The notes under the pieces are model-generated. The model saw only the letters and a program-made list of their open reading frames with translations, ran no database searches and was not told the origin of the DNA. Of a stretch of 32,000 bases of DNA, positions 8,486 through 17,437 are shown in pieces. Positions within the stretch are counted from its first letter, which is position 1. Each line of letters opens with the position of its first letter. Position numbers and translations under genes: made by a program. This DNA is from Archaeoglobus fulgidus DSM 4304 (lineage in GTDB: Archaea; Halobacteriota; Archaeoglobi; Archaeoglobales; Archaeoglobaceae): NCBI RefSeq assembly GCF_000008665.1, contig NC_000917.1:2010001-2042000 (forward strand), written 5' to 3'.

Positions 8486-9574
8486 GTGGAATTTGAAGAT
8501 TTGGGAATCTCAGAAAACGGTTTGAATGCAGTTAGAAGAAAGGGTTTTGAGAAGCCTACGGAAATTCAGAGGGAAATCATACCGAGGTTTTTCGAAGGTG
8601 AAAAGGATATGGTCGGCCAGGCACAGACGGGCTCGGGGAAAACAGCTGCCTTTGCCCTGCCAATTCTCGACCTTGTGGATGAAAGAAGCAAGGATGTGCA
8701 GGCCATAGTAATAACGCCCACAAGGGAGCTGGCTTTGCAGGTAAAGGACGAGATTGAGTCGCTCAGAGGGGGCAAAAAGGTTCACGTCCTCGCTGTTTAC
8801 GGCGGGCAGCCCATATTCCCTCAAATTGAGAGGCTGAGGAAGGGCGTGCAGATAGTCGTGGGCACACCGGGAAGAGTTATCGACCACCTTGAGAGGAGAA
8901 CGCTTTCGCTCGAAAAAGTTCGGTTCTTCGTGCTTGACGAGGCGGACAGGATGCTCGACATGGGCTTCATTGACGACATTGAGAGGATCCTCAGACACGC
9001 AGGCGCGGAAAGGCGTGTTCTGATGTTCTCCGCAACCATGCCCCCTGAAGTTTTGAGGCTGGCGAGGCGTTACATGAGAGATTACGAGGTTGTGAGAGTT
9101 CACAGCAAAATCACTCCCGAAAACGTCGAGCACAGATGTCTGAAGGTTAACCCGGAAAAGAGGTTCGAGCATCTCTGCAGAATTCTCGACGAGAACAACT
9201 TTTACGGCATCGTTTTCTGCCAGACGAAAAAAGAGACAAGAGAACTTGGAAGAAGGCTTAGAGCGAGGGGATATAAGGCAGATGCGCTGAACGGAGACAT
9301 TCCACAGCATAAAAGAGAGAGCATCCTTAGAAATTTCAGAAAAGGATACACCAGAGTTCTTGTCGCAACAGATGTTGCCGCAAGGGGAATTGACGTGAAA
9401 GACCTCACCCACGTCGTCAACTACTCTATCCCGCAGGATCCAGAAGCATATATCCACAGAACCGGAAGAACCGGCAGAGAGGGAAAGAGGGGTAAGGCCA
9501 TAACCTTCGTTGCTCCCTGGGAGTCGAGGAAGCTGAAAATAATAGAGAGGACTGCGAAGGTCCGGTTTAGGTAA
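8486..9574 (+). CDS. DEAD-box ATP-dependent RNA helicase (core only, about 362 aa)
   Basis: Contains the Q-motif region GFEKPTEIQ, AQTGSGKT (motif I), PTRELA, VLDEADRML (DEAD), SAT and HRTGRTGR (motif VI). I prefer the GTG start at 8486 because GAGGTGA at 8474-8480 is a well-spaced Shine-Dalgarno sequence. The ORF-track start at 8450 is a TTG. Confidence 0.93.
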   Translation: MEFEDLGISENGLNAVRRKGFEKPTEIQREIIPRFFEGEKDMVGQAQTGSGKTAAFALPILDLVDERSKDVQAIVITPTRELALQVKDEIESLRGGKKVHVLAVYGGQPIFPQIERLRKGVQIVVGTPGRVIDHLERRTLSLEKVRFFVLDEADRMLDMGFIDDIERILRHAGAERRVLMFSATMPPEVLRLARRYMRDYEVVRVHSKITPENVEHRCLKVNPEKRFEHLCRILDENNFYGIVFCQTKKETRELGRRLRARGYKADALNGDIPQHKRESILRNFRKGYTRVLVATDVAARGIDVKDLTHVVNYSIPQDPEAYIHRTGRTGREGKRGKAITFVAPWESRKLKIIERTAKVRFR

Positions 9575-9598
9575 CATCGAAATAAGCAAAGGCAAGAG

Positions 9599-9606
9599 AT
9601 ATAAAC
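9599..9606 (+). promoter_or_regulatory. Candidate TATA box of the alaS-cofE-ATP-grasp operon
   Basis: ATATAAAC lies exactly 21 nt upstream of the alaS ATG (9628). No Shine-Dalgarno sequence is present. Confidence 0.45.
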
Positions 9607-9627
9607 ATCCAATGCAGAAGGCATCCG

Positions 9628-12348
9628 ATGACTCTCGACGAGGAGTATCTGGACATCACGTTTCTAACCGAAAACGGGTTTGTCAGGAAGAGGTGCCCAA
9701 AGTGCGGCAAGCACTTCTGGACAGCTGATCCAGAGAGAGAAATTTGCGGTGACCCTCCATGTGAGAGTTACAGCTTTATCGGTAACCCTGTATTCAAAAA
9801 GCCCTTCGAGCTTGACGAGATGAGGGAGTATTACCTTAACTTTTTTGAAAGGAGGGGACATGGCAGAATTGAGCGCTATCCTGTAGTTGCAAGGTGGAGG
9901 ACTGACATCTACCTCACCATTGCCTCAATTGCCGATTTCCAGCCCTTCGTAACCTCAGGCGTCGCTCCACCACCCGCTAACCCCCTCACAATCTCACAGC
10001 CCTGCATCAGGCTTGACGACCTGGACAGCGTGGGCAGAACGGGAAGGCATCTTACGCTTTTCGAGATGATGGCTCATCATGCGTTCAACTATCCCGGAAA
10101 GGAAATCTACTGGAAGAACGAGACCGTTGCTTACTGCACTGAGCTCCTCAATGAGCTCGGTGTGAAGAAGGAAGACATTGTTTACAAGGAGGAGCCGTGG
10201 GCGGGTGGGGGTAATGCTGGCCCCTGTCTTGAGGCAATTGTTGGTGGTCTTGAGGTTGCCACGCTGGTTTTCATGAACCTTGAGGAGCATCCTGAGGGAG
10301 ATATAGAGATAAAGGGAGCGAGATACAGAAAAATGGACAACTACATCGTTGATACTGGCTACGGTCTTGAAAGGTTCGTGTGGGCGAGCAAAGGCACGCC
10401 AACAGTTTACGACGCAATCTTCCCCGAGGTTGTTGACACAATTATCGACAACAGCAACGTTAGCTTCAACAGGGAGGATGAGAGGGTAAGAAGAATCGTG
10501 GCTGAAAGCTCAAAGCTTGCGGGAATAATGGGAGAGCTAAGGGGGGAGAGGTTAAATCAGCTCAGAAAAAGCGTTGCTGACACCGTAGGAGTTAGCGTTG
10601 AGGAGCTTGAGGGCATCGTTGTCCCTCTCGAGAAGGTCTATTCTCTCGCCGACCACACGAGGTGCATTCTCTTCATGCTCGGTGACGGGCTGGTTCCTTC
10701 AAACGCAGGTGCCGGTTATCTGGCGAGGCTCATGATAAGGAGAAGTCTCAGGCTCGCCGAGGAGCTTGAGCTCGGTCTTGATTTGTACGACTTGGTTGAA
10801 ATGCACAAGAAAATACTCGGCTTCGAGTTCGATGTGCCCTTATCAACTGTACAGGAGATTCTAGAGCTTGAGAAGGAAAGGTACAGGACGACGGTCTCAA
10901 AGGGAACCCGACTTGTTGAAAGGCTCGTTGAGAGGAAGAAGAAGCTTGAGAAGGATGATTTAATCGAGCTATACGACTCGCACGGCATCCCCGTTGAGCT
11001 TGCGGTTGGCATTGCCGCTGAAAAGGGTGCTGAGGTTGAAATGCCAAAGGATATCTACGCTGAGCTGGCAAAGAGGCACTCAAAGGCCGAAAAGGTTCAG
11101 GAAAAGAAGATAACCCTTCAGAATGAGTATCCCGCCACTGAAAAGCTGTACTACGACGACCCAACTCTTCTGGAGTTTGAGGCTGAAGTCATAGGCGTTG
11201 AGGGCGACTTTGTGATACTCAACAGGAGCGCCTTCTACCCTGAGAGCGGTGGGCAGGACAACGACGTGGGTTATCTTATCGCTAACGGAGGCAAATTTGA
11301 GGTTGTTGACGTCTTGGAAGCTGACGGAGTGGTGCTCCACGTGGTGAAGGGGGCGAAGCCTGAAGTCGGGACGAAGGTTAAGGGCGTTATAGACTCAGAC
11401 GTGAGATGGAGGCACATGCGCCATCACTCCGCTACTCACGTCCTGCTCTACTCTCTCCAGAAGGTTCTGGGCAATCACGTCTGGCAGGCCGGAGCGAGGA
11501 AGGAGTTCAGCAAGGCGAGGCTTGACGTCACACACTTCCGCAGACCGAGCGAGGAGGAAATAAAGGAGATTGAGATGCTCGCCAACAGGGAAATTCTGGC
11601 GAACAAGCCTATAAAATGGGAATGGATGGACAGAATCGAGGCTGAGAGGAAATTTGGCTTCAGGCTTTATCAGGGAGGAGTCCCGCCAGGCAGGAAGATA
11701 AGGGTCGTGCAGGTTGGAGACGATGTCCAGGCCTGCGGTGGTACCCACTGCCGCTCCACCGGGGAGATTGGGATGCTGAAAATCCTGAAGGTGGAGTCAA
11801 TACAGGACGGAGTGATTAGGTTCGAGTTTGCTGCCGGGGAAGCTGCAATTGAGGCCGTTGAGGAGATGGAAAGGCTGCTGAGGGAGGCGAGTTCAATTCT
11901 CAGAGTGGAGCCAGCAAAGCTGCCGAAAACTGTGGAGAGGTTCTTCGAGGAGTGGAAGGATCAGAGGAAAGAGATTGAGAGGCTAAAGTCTGTTATAGCG
12001 GATCTGTGGGCGGACATTCTGATGGAGAGGGCTGAGGAGTTCGATTCGATGAAGGTTGTCGCGGAAGTTGTCGATGCGGACATGCAGGCGCTTCAGAAGT
12101 TAGCGGAGAGGCTGGCTGAGAAGGGGGCTGTGGGCTGCTTGATGGCGAAGGGAGAGGGCAAGGTTTTCGTTGTCACTTTCAGCGGGCAAAAGTACGATGC
12201 GAGGGAGCTACTCAGGGAAATTGGCAGGGTGGCAAAGGGTAGCGGTGGAGGAAGAAAGGATGTTGCTCAGGGTGCTGTGCAGCAGCTTCTCGACAGGGAA
12301 GAGATGCTGGACGTGATATTCCGCTTCCTTTCAGAGCATGAGGGTTGA
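9628..12348 (+). CDS. alaS: Alanyl-tRNA synthetase (archaeal type, with an N-terminal Cys-rich zinc motif)
   Basis: 906-aa ORF with CPKCGKHFW...CGDPPC near the N-terminus, an editing-domain HxxxH (HHSATHVL) and CGGTHC, and a C-terminal DHHA1-like part. Confidence 0.98.
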   Translation: MTLDEEYLDITFLTENGFVRKRCPKCGKHFWTADPEREICGDPPCESYSFIGNPVFKKPFELDEMREYYLNFFERRGHGRIERYPVVARWRTDIYLTIASIADFQPFVTSGVAPPPANPLTISQPCIRLDDLDSVGRTGRHLTLFEMMAHHAFNYPGKEIYWKNETVAYCTELLNELGVKKEDIVYKEEPWAGGGNAGPCLEAIVGGLEVATLVFMNLEEHPEGDIEIKGARYRKMDNYIVDTGYGLERFVWASKGTPTVYDAIFPEVVDTIIDNSNVSFNREDERVRRIVAESSKLAGIMGELRGERLNQLRKSVADTVGVSVEELEGIVVPLEKVYSLADHTRCILFMLGDGLVPSNAGAGYLARLMIRRSLRLAEELELGLDLYDLVEMHKKILGFEFDVPLSTVQEILELEKERYRTTVSKGTRLVERLVERKKKLEKDDLIELYDSHGIPVELAVGIAAEKGAEVEMPKDIYAELAKRHSKAEKVQEKKITLQNEYPATEKLYYDDPTLLEFEAEVIGVEGDFVILNRSAFYPESGGQDNDVGYLIANGGKFEVVDVLEADGVVLHVVKGAKPEVGTKVKGVIDSDVRWRHMRHHSATHVLLYSLQKVLGNHVWQAGARKEFSKARLDVTHFRRPSEEEIKEIEMLANREILANKPIKWEWMDRIEAERKFGFRLYQGGVPPGRKIRVVQVGDDVQACGGTHCRSTGEIGMLKILKVESIQDGVIRFEFAAGEAAIEAVEEMERLLREASSILRVEPAKLPKTVERFFEEWKDQRKEIERLKSVIADLWADILMERAEEFDSMKVVAEVVDADMQALQKLAERLAEKGAVGCLMAKGEGKVFVVTFSGQKYDARELLREIGRVAKGSGGGRKDVAQGAVQQLLDREEMLDVIFRFLSEHEG

Positions 12349-13087
12349 AGTTTTTCCCGTTGAAGGGCTGCCTCTGATTAAGGAGGGCGACGACCTGGCG
12401 GAGCTAATTTCAAGCAGGGTTAGATTCGAGGACGGAGATGTGCTGGTAGTTTGCTCCACAGTTATTTCGAAGGCAGAGGGGAGAATCAGGAGATTAGAGG
12501 AATTCAATCCGTCGGAAAGGGCGAAGGAGATAGCAGCCAGGATAGGGAAACCGGCAGAGTTTGTCCAGGCCGTGCTGGAGGAGAGCGAGGAAGTTCTTCT
12601 CGATTTTCCCTTTTTGCTCGTCAAGGCAAAATTTGGAAACGTTTGCGTCAATGCAGGCATCGATGCATCGAACGTGGAGGAGGGGAGCCTTCTTCTACCA
12701 CCACTCGATCCCGATGGAAGCGCCGAGAAGCTCAGGAGAAGGATTTTGGAGCTGACGGGCAAGAGAGTCGGGGTTATAATCACCGACACGAACGGAAGGT
12801 GCTTCAGGAGGGGAGTGGTTGGATTCGCCATCGGCATCTCTGGTGTGAAGGCCATGAAAGACTGGATAGGGCGGAAAGACCTTTACGGAAGGGAGCTTGA
12901 GGTTACGGTAGAGTGTGTCGCGGACGAGATAGCTGCCTTTGCCAACCTGCTTATGGGGGAGGGCGGGGACGGAATTCCAGCAGTTGTTGTAAGGGGACTT
13001 AACGTGGCTGGAGAGGGGAGCATGGAAGAGATTTACCGCAGCGAGGAAGAGGATGTTATAAGAAGATGCCTGAAAAGGTGCTTGTAG
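12338..13087 (+). CDS. cofE: Coenzyme F420-0:L-glutamate ligase (CofE)
   Basis: 249-aa ORF with family motifs NAGIDASN and ITDTNGRCFRRG. The start ATG overlaps the alaS 3' end by 11 nt. Confidence 0.9.
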   Translation: MRVEVFPVEGLPLIKEGDDLAELISSRVRFEDGDVLVVCSTVISKAEGRIRRLEEFNPSERAKEIAARIGKPAEFVQAVLEESEEVLLDFPFLLVKAKFGNVCVNAGIDASNVEEGSLLLPPLDPDGSAEKLRRRILELTGKRVGVIITDTNGRCFRRGVVGFAIGISGVKAMKDWIGRKDLYGRELEVTVECVADEIAAFANLLMGEGGDGIPAVVVRGLNVAGEGSMEEIYRSEEEDVIRRCLKRCL

Positions 13088-14112
13088 CGGGGAACAACGT
13101 AAGGAACGTTGCAGAGTCCGCATCAAAGGCCGGTTTTGAGGTTTTTGCCATAACGAAGTTTGTGGATGCTGATTTGAGAATTTACTGCAGGGAAGTGGAA
13201 AGGGTTGACGACTCTCTGCCAGAAAAAGAGATTGCTAAGAAAATAGAGGATAAAGCGGAGGAAATTGATGCGAAAGTTGTACTTTGCTCTGGATTTGAAA
13301 CTCTCAGAGTGAGAGGGGAATTGCTTTGCAATCCTTACGGGAAGGTTGAGAGGGTAGCGAACAAGCTGAAATTTTACAGGGAGCTTGAAAAGGCTGGCTT
13401 ACCTTTTCCCGAGCTTCTTGGGGAAGGGGAGAGGGGCATAATCAAGCCGGTCGTCGGAGGAGGGGGAGAAGAGGTAGTGATGGGAGAGGAGGTACCGAAG
13501 GGCTTTCTGAAGCAGAGGTTTGTCAGCGGAACGCCTTGCAGCGTTTCAGTTATAGCAAATGGCGAGAGAGCTTTACCATTAGCGTGCAATTTAATTTACG
13601 CAGGCTGGAAGGAGATGAACGCCTCTGGATTCAGGTATTCTGGCAACATGACTCCCTTTATCGTGGAAGAAGAAATCAGGAAAGAGCTTGAAAGGCTTGC
13701 AGTTGAGGCTGTTGAGCTTTTTGGCTTAGCTGGGTCAGTTGGGGTGGACTTTGTTCTGGCTGAAAAGCCATACATTCTCGAAATCAACCCGAGGTTTCAG
13801 GGCTCCCTGGACAGCGTGGAGTGGAGCTGCGACGTTAACCTCTTCAAAATGCATGCTGAAGCTTTCGACGGAAGGCTGCCTGAAAGGGTGAGACCTCGCA
13901 GGTATGCCCTGAGAGCCATCCTTTTCTCTCCGAGGGATGTTGAAATAAAGGAGAATCTTGCGGGAAATCCCTTTTACGCTGACGTGCCTGGGAAAGGGGA
14001 AAGGTACGGGAAAAATGACCCTCTCGTTTCGATTCTTGCAGCGGGAAAAAGCAGAGAAGATGTTGAAAGAAGGGTTCTGGAAAGAAGGGATTTGTTTTTG
14101 AGCTTGGCCTAA
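13066..14112 (+). CDS. ATP-grasp superfamily ligase (COG2232-like carboligase), substrate unknown
   Basis: 348-aa ORF with the Gly-rich loop IKPVVGGGGEEV and the Mg/ATP motif EINPRFQGS. It overlaps the cofE 3' end by 22 nt. Confidence 0.8.
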   Translation: MPEKVLVAGNNVRNVAESASKAGFEVFAITKFVDADLRIYCREVERVDDSLPEKEIAKKIEDKAEEIDAKVVLCSGFETLRVRGELLCNPYGKVERVANKLKFYRELEKAGLPFPELLGEGERGIIKPVVGGGGEEVVMGEEVPKGFLKQRFVSGTPCSVSVIANGERALPLACNLIYAGWKEMNASGFRYSGNMTPFIVEEEIRKELERLAVEAVELFGLAGSVGVDFVLAEKPYILEINPRFQGSLDSVEWSCDVNLFKMHAEAFDGRLPERVRPRRYALRAILFSPRDVEIKENLAGNPFYADVPGKGERYGKNDPLVSILAAGKSREDVERRVLERRDLFLSLA

Positions 14113-14119
14113 ATTCTGG

Positions 14120-14321
14120 CCTTCGAATTTCGATTGTTGAGAGCAAAATTTGCTCGGAGCCGATTTCTGCGTCCTCATCCTCAAGATATAGCTCAGTGGC
14201 TCTCTGAGGTTGTTTATGGCCTCTTCAACGCTTTCTCCCTGACTGGCGATGTCCAGTTCAGGGCACCGGCTTTAGTTAAGAGTTTGACTATCTTTTCTCC
14301 GGATGTGATGGGGAGTTTCAT
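14120..14321 (-). pseudogene. Decayed hicA-hicB-like toxin-antitoxin remnant: a HicA N-terminal fragment fused by deletion to a frameshifted HicB-like C-terminal part
   Basis: My minus-strand translation gives MKLPITSGEKIVKLLTKAG from the ATG at 14321 (HicA-like N-terminus). Another frame then gives PELDIASQGESVEEAINNLRE. After one more shift it reads ATELYLEDEDAEIGSEQILLSTIEI (HicB/UPF0150-like). No single frame is intact. Confidence 0.35.
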
Positions 14322-14504
14322 AATAATTGAGTTTTAGTACGCAAATTTAGTTTTACCAAAGACAGTATAGATTAAAGAAAAGAATATAAAATTGTTAAAA
14401 TGTCAAAAACCTAGTGCAATGTGAGAGCAATCTCAGTGGACGGAGAGGCAGCAATCAGGCAGTATCTGGCGGTTTTGAAAAAAGAATACAGCTGGTTTTC
14501 CTGA

Positions 14505-14579
14505 TGGGCCCGGAGGGATTCGAACCCTCGACCGCCCGGTTATGAGCCGGGCGCTCTGACCTGGCTAAGCTACGGGCCC
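14505..14579 (-). tRNA. tRNA with a CAU anticodon, elongator type (tRNA-Met or the tRNA-Ile2 substrate of TiaS); not an initiator
   Basis: The reverse complement folds into a 75-nt cloverleaf. The acceptor stem is GGGCCCG/CGGGCCC with discriminator A. The anticodon stem is CCCGG/CCGGG with loop CT-CAT-AA. The T arm is GAGGG-TTCGAAT-CCCTC. G1:C72 and the lack of three consecutive G:C pairs at 29-31/39-41 argue against an initiator. A T6 run on the minus strand (14478-14483) lies 21 nt downstream. Confidence 0.95.
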
Positions 14580-14600
14580 TCTGGGTAAATTTAGTTTTGA

Positions 14601-14608
14601 GTATATTT
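14601..14608 (-). promoter_or_regulatory. Candidate TATA box for the tRNA-CAU gene
   Basis: On the minus strand this reads AAATATAC at -30 to -23 relative to tRNA position 1, preceded by an A-rich BRE-like stretch. It lies in the 52-bp gap after the MFS gene stop. Confidence 0.45.
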
Positions 14609-14631
14609 GTTTTTTGCTTCGATGTATGAGG

Positions 14632-16143
14632 CTATGCAACAACGCCTTTTCTCGCCGCTCTCGCCCTTCTCACATGCTCATCCCCATGCAGAAACAGCGC
14701 TATAATCAGCGAGGTCAGGATTGGAAAGACTATCATCGTGCTGAAAACGAAATGCATGCTGTCAACGAACCCCTCAACCATTTCGACCAGCGGTGCGGGA
14801 TTGTATTTAGCGTATTCAATGAGTATTTTCATTGTGCCCGGATCAGGAATCTGATTGGCATAGCCGGGAATCCAGTCGCTCATTCTCGTCGTCAGAAGCA
14901 CTCCACCAACAGCAATGCCCATAGCCTGACCGAGGGTGTTTACCGACCTTACTGTTCCGTTGGCCATTCCCACTTTCTCTAAAGGAACCGATGAGAGAAT
15001 GACGTTAAAAGAAGGAGACATGAGCATACCCATTCCTATGCCCATAGGGGCTATTTTGGCGAAGAAATCCCAGTATTTGATATCGACATCAATCGACGTG
15101 ATATTAATAAGCCCGATTGCGAAAAACAAAGGCCCCAGACTCATCAGGTATTTCGGGTTCATCCTGTCGCTGAGCCTTCCGGCAACGGGGGCTACGAAGG
15201 TGTTCATAATCGGGATTGCCACAAGCCAGTAGCCAGCCTCCTCTGCACTCAAAAACTTCAAGCCCTGCAGGAAGTACGGAAAAACGAACAAACTCGCTGA
15301 AACCCCAAAGAAAAGTATTGCTGTAGCTACGACACCAACTGAGAAGTTCCTGATCTTAAATAGGCTCAAATCAAGCATTGGGTAGGGAGTCCTCAGCTCC
15401 CACAGTGAAAAGGCAAGCAGATATGGGAGGGCGATTATAAAGCAGGAGAGCGTTTTTTCATCCCACCACCCCCAGTTCTGACCCTCTATGATGCCGAGGG
15501 TCAAAGCTCCCAATCCGATTGACAGAAGCACAGCACCAACCCAGTCAATTGGAACTTTTTCCCTACCACCAAGCGGCGGGAGGGTGAACCATGCTGCAGC
15601 AATTGCCACAATTCCGATTGGTATGTTGATGTAAAACACCCAGTGCCAGCTCAAGTGAGTTGTAAGCCATCCGCCGATAATCGGGCCGAGCGTGAAGCTG
15701 GATGCGGTGAGAATTGCATTCAGACCCATTACCTCTCCTCTCCTACCGGGCGGGAAAAGCTCGGCAGCTATTGCAAGGACATTTCCACTAAGTATTGTGC
15801 CCCCTATAGCCTGCAAAGTTCTGAAGGCGATCATCGATTGAGTGTTCCAAGACTGCGCGCAGAGAAAGCTACCGAGAACGAAGATAACCATTCCCAAGAT
15901 GAAAAACCTGTCCCTCCTCACCATGTCACCGATTCTTCCAGCAAGAACGAGCAATACGACCATTGTCAGCGTGTAGGCGTTCATGATCCACTGCAAATCG
16001 GACATCTTAGCCCCGAAGTCCTCTGCTATCCTTGGTAGGGCGACGTTCAGAACGCTGACGTCAAGAAGAACCATAAAAAGTCCCGCGCTCACTGGAAGAA
16101 AGGCTATCCACGCCTTTAAGACGCTCTGGTCATCATCGCTCAT
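14632..16143 (-). CDS. MFS transporter, DHA2 (EmrB/QacA-like, 14-TMS) drug:H+ antiporter family
   Basis: 503-aa highly hydrophobic ORF. The N-terminal pattern LDVSVLNVALPRIAEDFG...LQWIMNAYTL...GRIGDMVRRDR is typical of EmrB/QacA. Confidence 0.9.
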   Translation of the reverse strand: MSDDDQSVLKAWIAFLPVSAGLFMVLLDVSVLNVALPRIAEDFGAKMSDLQWIMNAYTLTMVVLLVLAGRIGDMVRRDRFFILGMVIFVLGSFLCAQSWNTQSMIAFRTLQAIGGTILSGNVLAIAAELFPPGRRGEVMGLNAILTASSFTLGPIIGGWLTTHLSWHWVFYINIPIGIVAIAAAWFTLPPLGGREKVPIDWVGAVLLSIGLGALTLGIIEGQNWGWWDEKTLSCFIIALPYLLAFSLWELRTPYPMLDLSLFKIRNFSVGVVATAILFFGVSASLFVFPYFLQGLKFLSAEEAGYWLVAIPIMNTFVAPVAGRLSDRMNPKYLMSLGPLFFAIGLINITSIDVDIKYWDFFAKIAPMGIGMGMLMSPSFNVILSSVPLEKVGMANGTVRSVNTLGQAMGIAVGGVLLTTRMSDWIPGYANQIPDPGTMKILIEYAKYNPAPLVEMVEGFVDSMHFVFSTMIVFPILTSLIIALFLHGDEHVRRARAARKGVVA

Positions 16144-16174
16144 CGAAACTCCTCAACTCTCCATTATTAAAAAG

Positions 16175-17437
16175 TTATCTGAAAATGTGCCTGCCTTCCA
16201 CGTTCATTCTGATTAGCGGCTTGGAAAGGTGCCTTCTGGCAGACGGCGGAACCTCATAAAACCCTGGCTGAAGCTCCCTCTCCACTTTTTCCCTTAGCTT
16301 TTCATCTGCCTTAGTTCTGCACTTTTTGCATCTGAATCCCTGCCCTCTTCCTGCGGACTCCATTCTCCTCCCGCAGCTCGGACAGATTGGATTCTTCTCA
16401 ACCCAAATTTCCGCGAGCTCAACGATTTGTATCTTTTCAAGGTTTATCGTGTCTTTTTTCATCGAGCCGTAAACTTCAACAACATCCCCCTTTCTGAGCA
16501 GCCTTATCACGTTTCTGAACTGCTTCGTCGGCTCGAAGGCGGCGCACTTAACGCTGCCGAATTTCGTGTCAATCTCGAAAAAGACGTGCCCCCCCTCAAT
16601 GTCGTACGGCTCCAAAGTAACTCTCCCCCTCAACCTGTAGGAGCGGTAGTTTTCCAGCCTGTGAACTTCTTCCTCCCCAATAAGGTGCATGTCGGTTGCG
16701 TGGTTAGTAACGAAAATCATTCTCCTATCCACGGGCTCAGTTTTTACGCTCTCCATGGCCTTGTACAGAGCCTCGACACTCTCGCCCCTGATTCCGTAAA
16801 GCACCGGACAGGGTGTGTTAGGGATGCAGACTACAACATCATTGCACCAGTCAACGTTGTCGAAGGTCTGGGGATAGAGCTCGTAGTCCATGTCGAAAAA
16901 GCTCTCCTCGTCGTACTCCCTTTCCGTCCCGAATCTCTCTGGATACCTGTAGGCTATTAGCTCCAACGTAAAGTCTTCAAGCTCCGCACCAACGGCGGCA
17001 AGGGCTCCGATGAGACCCCTTCCCTTTTTGTGCCTTAAATGGGGGATGAAGTACTTCCCGATGACGAAGAGGGCCTCATCAATCTGCAAAACGTCTTTAA
17101 TGGCTTTGTCCGCAAAGGGTTTAAGCTTGACCGCAAGCTCCTCATCAACAAAAACGGCCCCGGGGTTCGTCTTCTCATCATCAAGCATTGCATGCTCGAT
17201 TATAACCTCATTCACAACATCAACAAGCTCCCCAACGTCATCAACCTCGACGAGAAAGCTAACAGCCCCATTGCCCCTAGTTTTGTACGGAATTGTCGGA
17301 TTCAATCTTATGAGTCTCGGAAATCCGATTACCTTTCCCAGCTCCCTCTCTACCCTCTCCATTGCAAGCACTGCCAGATAGGTAGTGCACATCCCTCTGC
17401 TGCTGTCCGTGTCGTCAATTCCCACCCAGACTCTCAT
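16175..17437 (-). CDS. tiaS: tRNA(Ile2) 2-agmatinylcytidine synthetase TiaS
   Basis: 420-aa ORF. The N-terminus MRVWVGIDDTDS... (kinase-like TCKD domain), an OB-like middle part and the C-terminal zinc ribbon CPSCGRRM...CKKC match my recollection of Archaeoglobus TiaS. Confidence 0.88.
   Translation of the reverse strand: MRVWVGIDDTDSSRGMCTTYLAVLAMERVERELGKVIGFPRLIRLNPTIPYKTRGNGAVSFLVEVDDVGELVDVVNEVIIEHAMLDDEKTNPGAVFVDEELAVKLKPFADKAIKDVLQIDEALFVIGKYFIPHLRHKKGRGLIGALAAVGAELEDFTLELIAYRYPERFGTEREYDEESFFDMDYELYPQTFDNVDWCNDVVVCIPNTPCPVLYGIRGESVEALYKAMESVKTEPVDRRMIFVTNHATDMHLIGEEEVHRLENYRSYRLRGRVTLEPYDIEGGHVFFEIDTKFGSVKCAAFEPTKQFRNVIRLLRKGDVVEVYGSMKKDTINLEKIQIVELAEIWVEKNPICPSCGRRMESAGRGQGFRCKKCRTKADEKLREKVERELQPGFYEVPPSARRHLSKPLIRMNVEGRHIFR

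Noticed and set aside
8510-9595. Very long antisense ORFs in the track: 361 aa opposite the DEAD-box gene, plus 401..1033(-), 5951..6658(+), 6869..7687(+), 16427..16960(+) and 17039..17551(+).
   Set aside because: I checked the phases. All six are in the antisense frame that is codon-aligned with the real gene. In that frame, stops arise only where the sense gene uses TTA, CTA or TCA codons, which are rare here. Their products are Leu/Ser/Pro/Phe-rich low-complexity sequences without motifs or start signals. They are shadow ORFs, not overprinted genes. Other antisense ORFs (26292..26864, 27045..27695) are in a different phase but are equally Ser/Leu-rich and lack signals.
14134-14337. The 67-aa plus-strand ORF from the track.
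   Set aside because: It lies antisense to the hicA/hicB-like remnant, which explains the open frame. It has no start signals and no recognisable motif.
14343-14598. A 12-nt direct repeat AAATTTAGTTTT (14343-14354 and 14587-14598) flanks the tRNA-CAU gene and could be att-like.
   Set aside because: The repeat is AT-rich and only 12 nt long. Many such chance pairs are expected in 32 kb, especially in AT-rich spacers. The repeats flank the whole tRNA rather than duplicating part of it, and no integrase is present.
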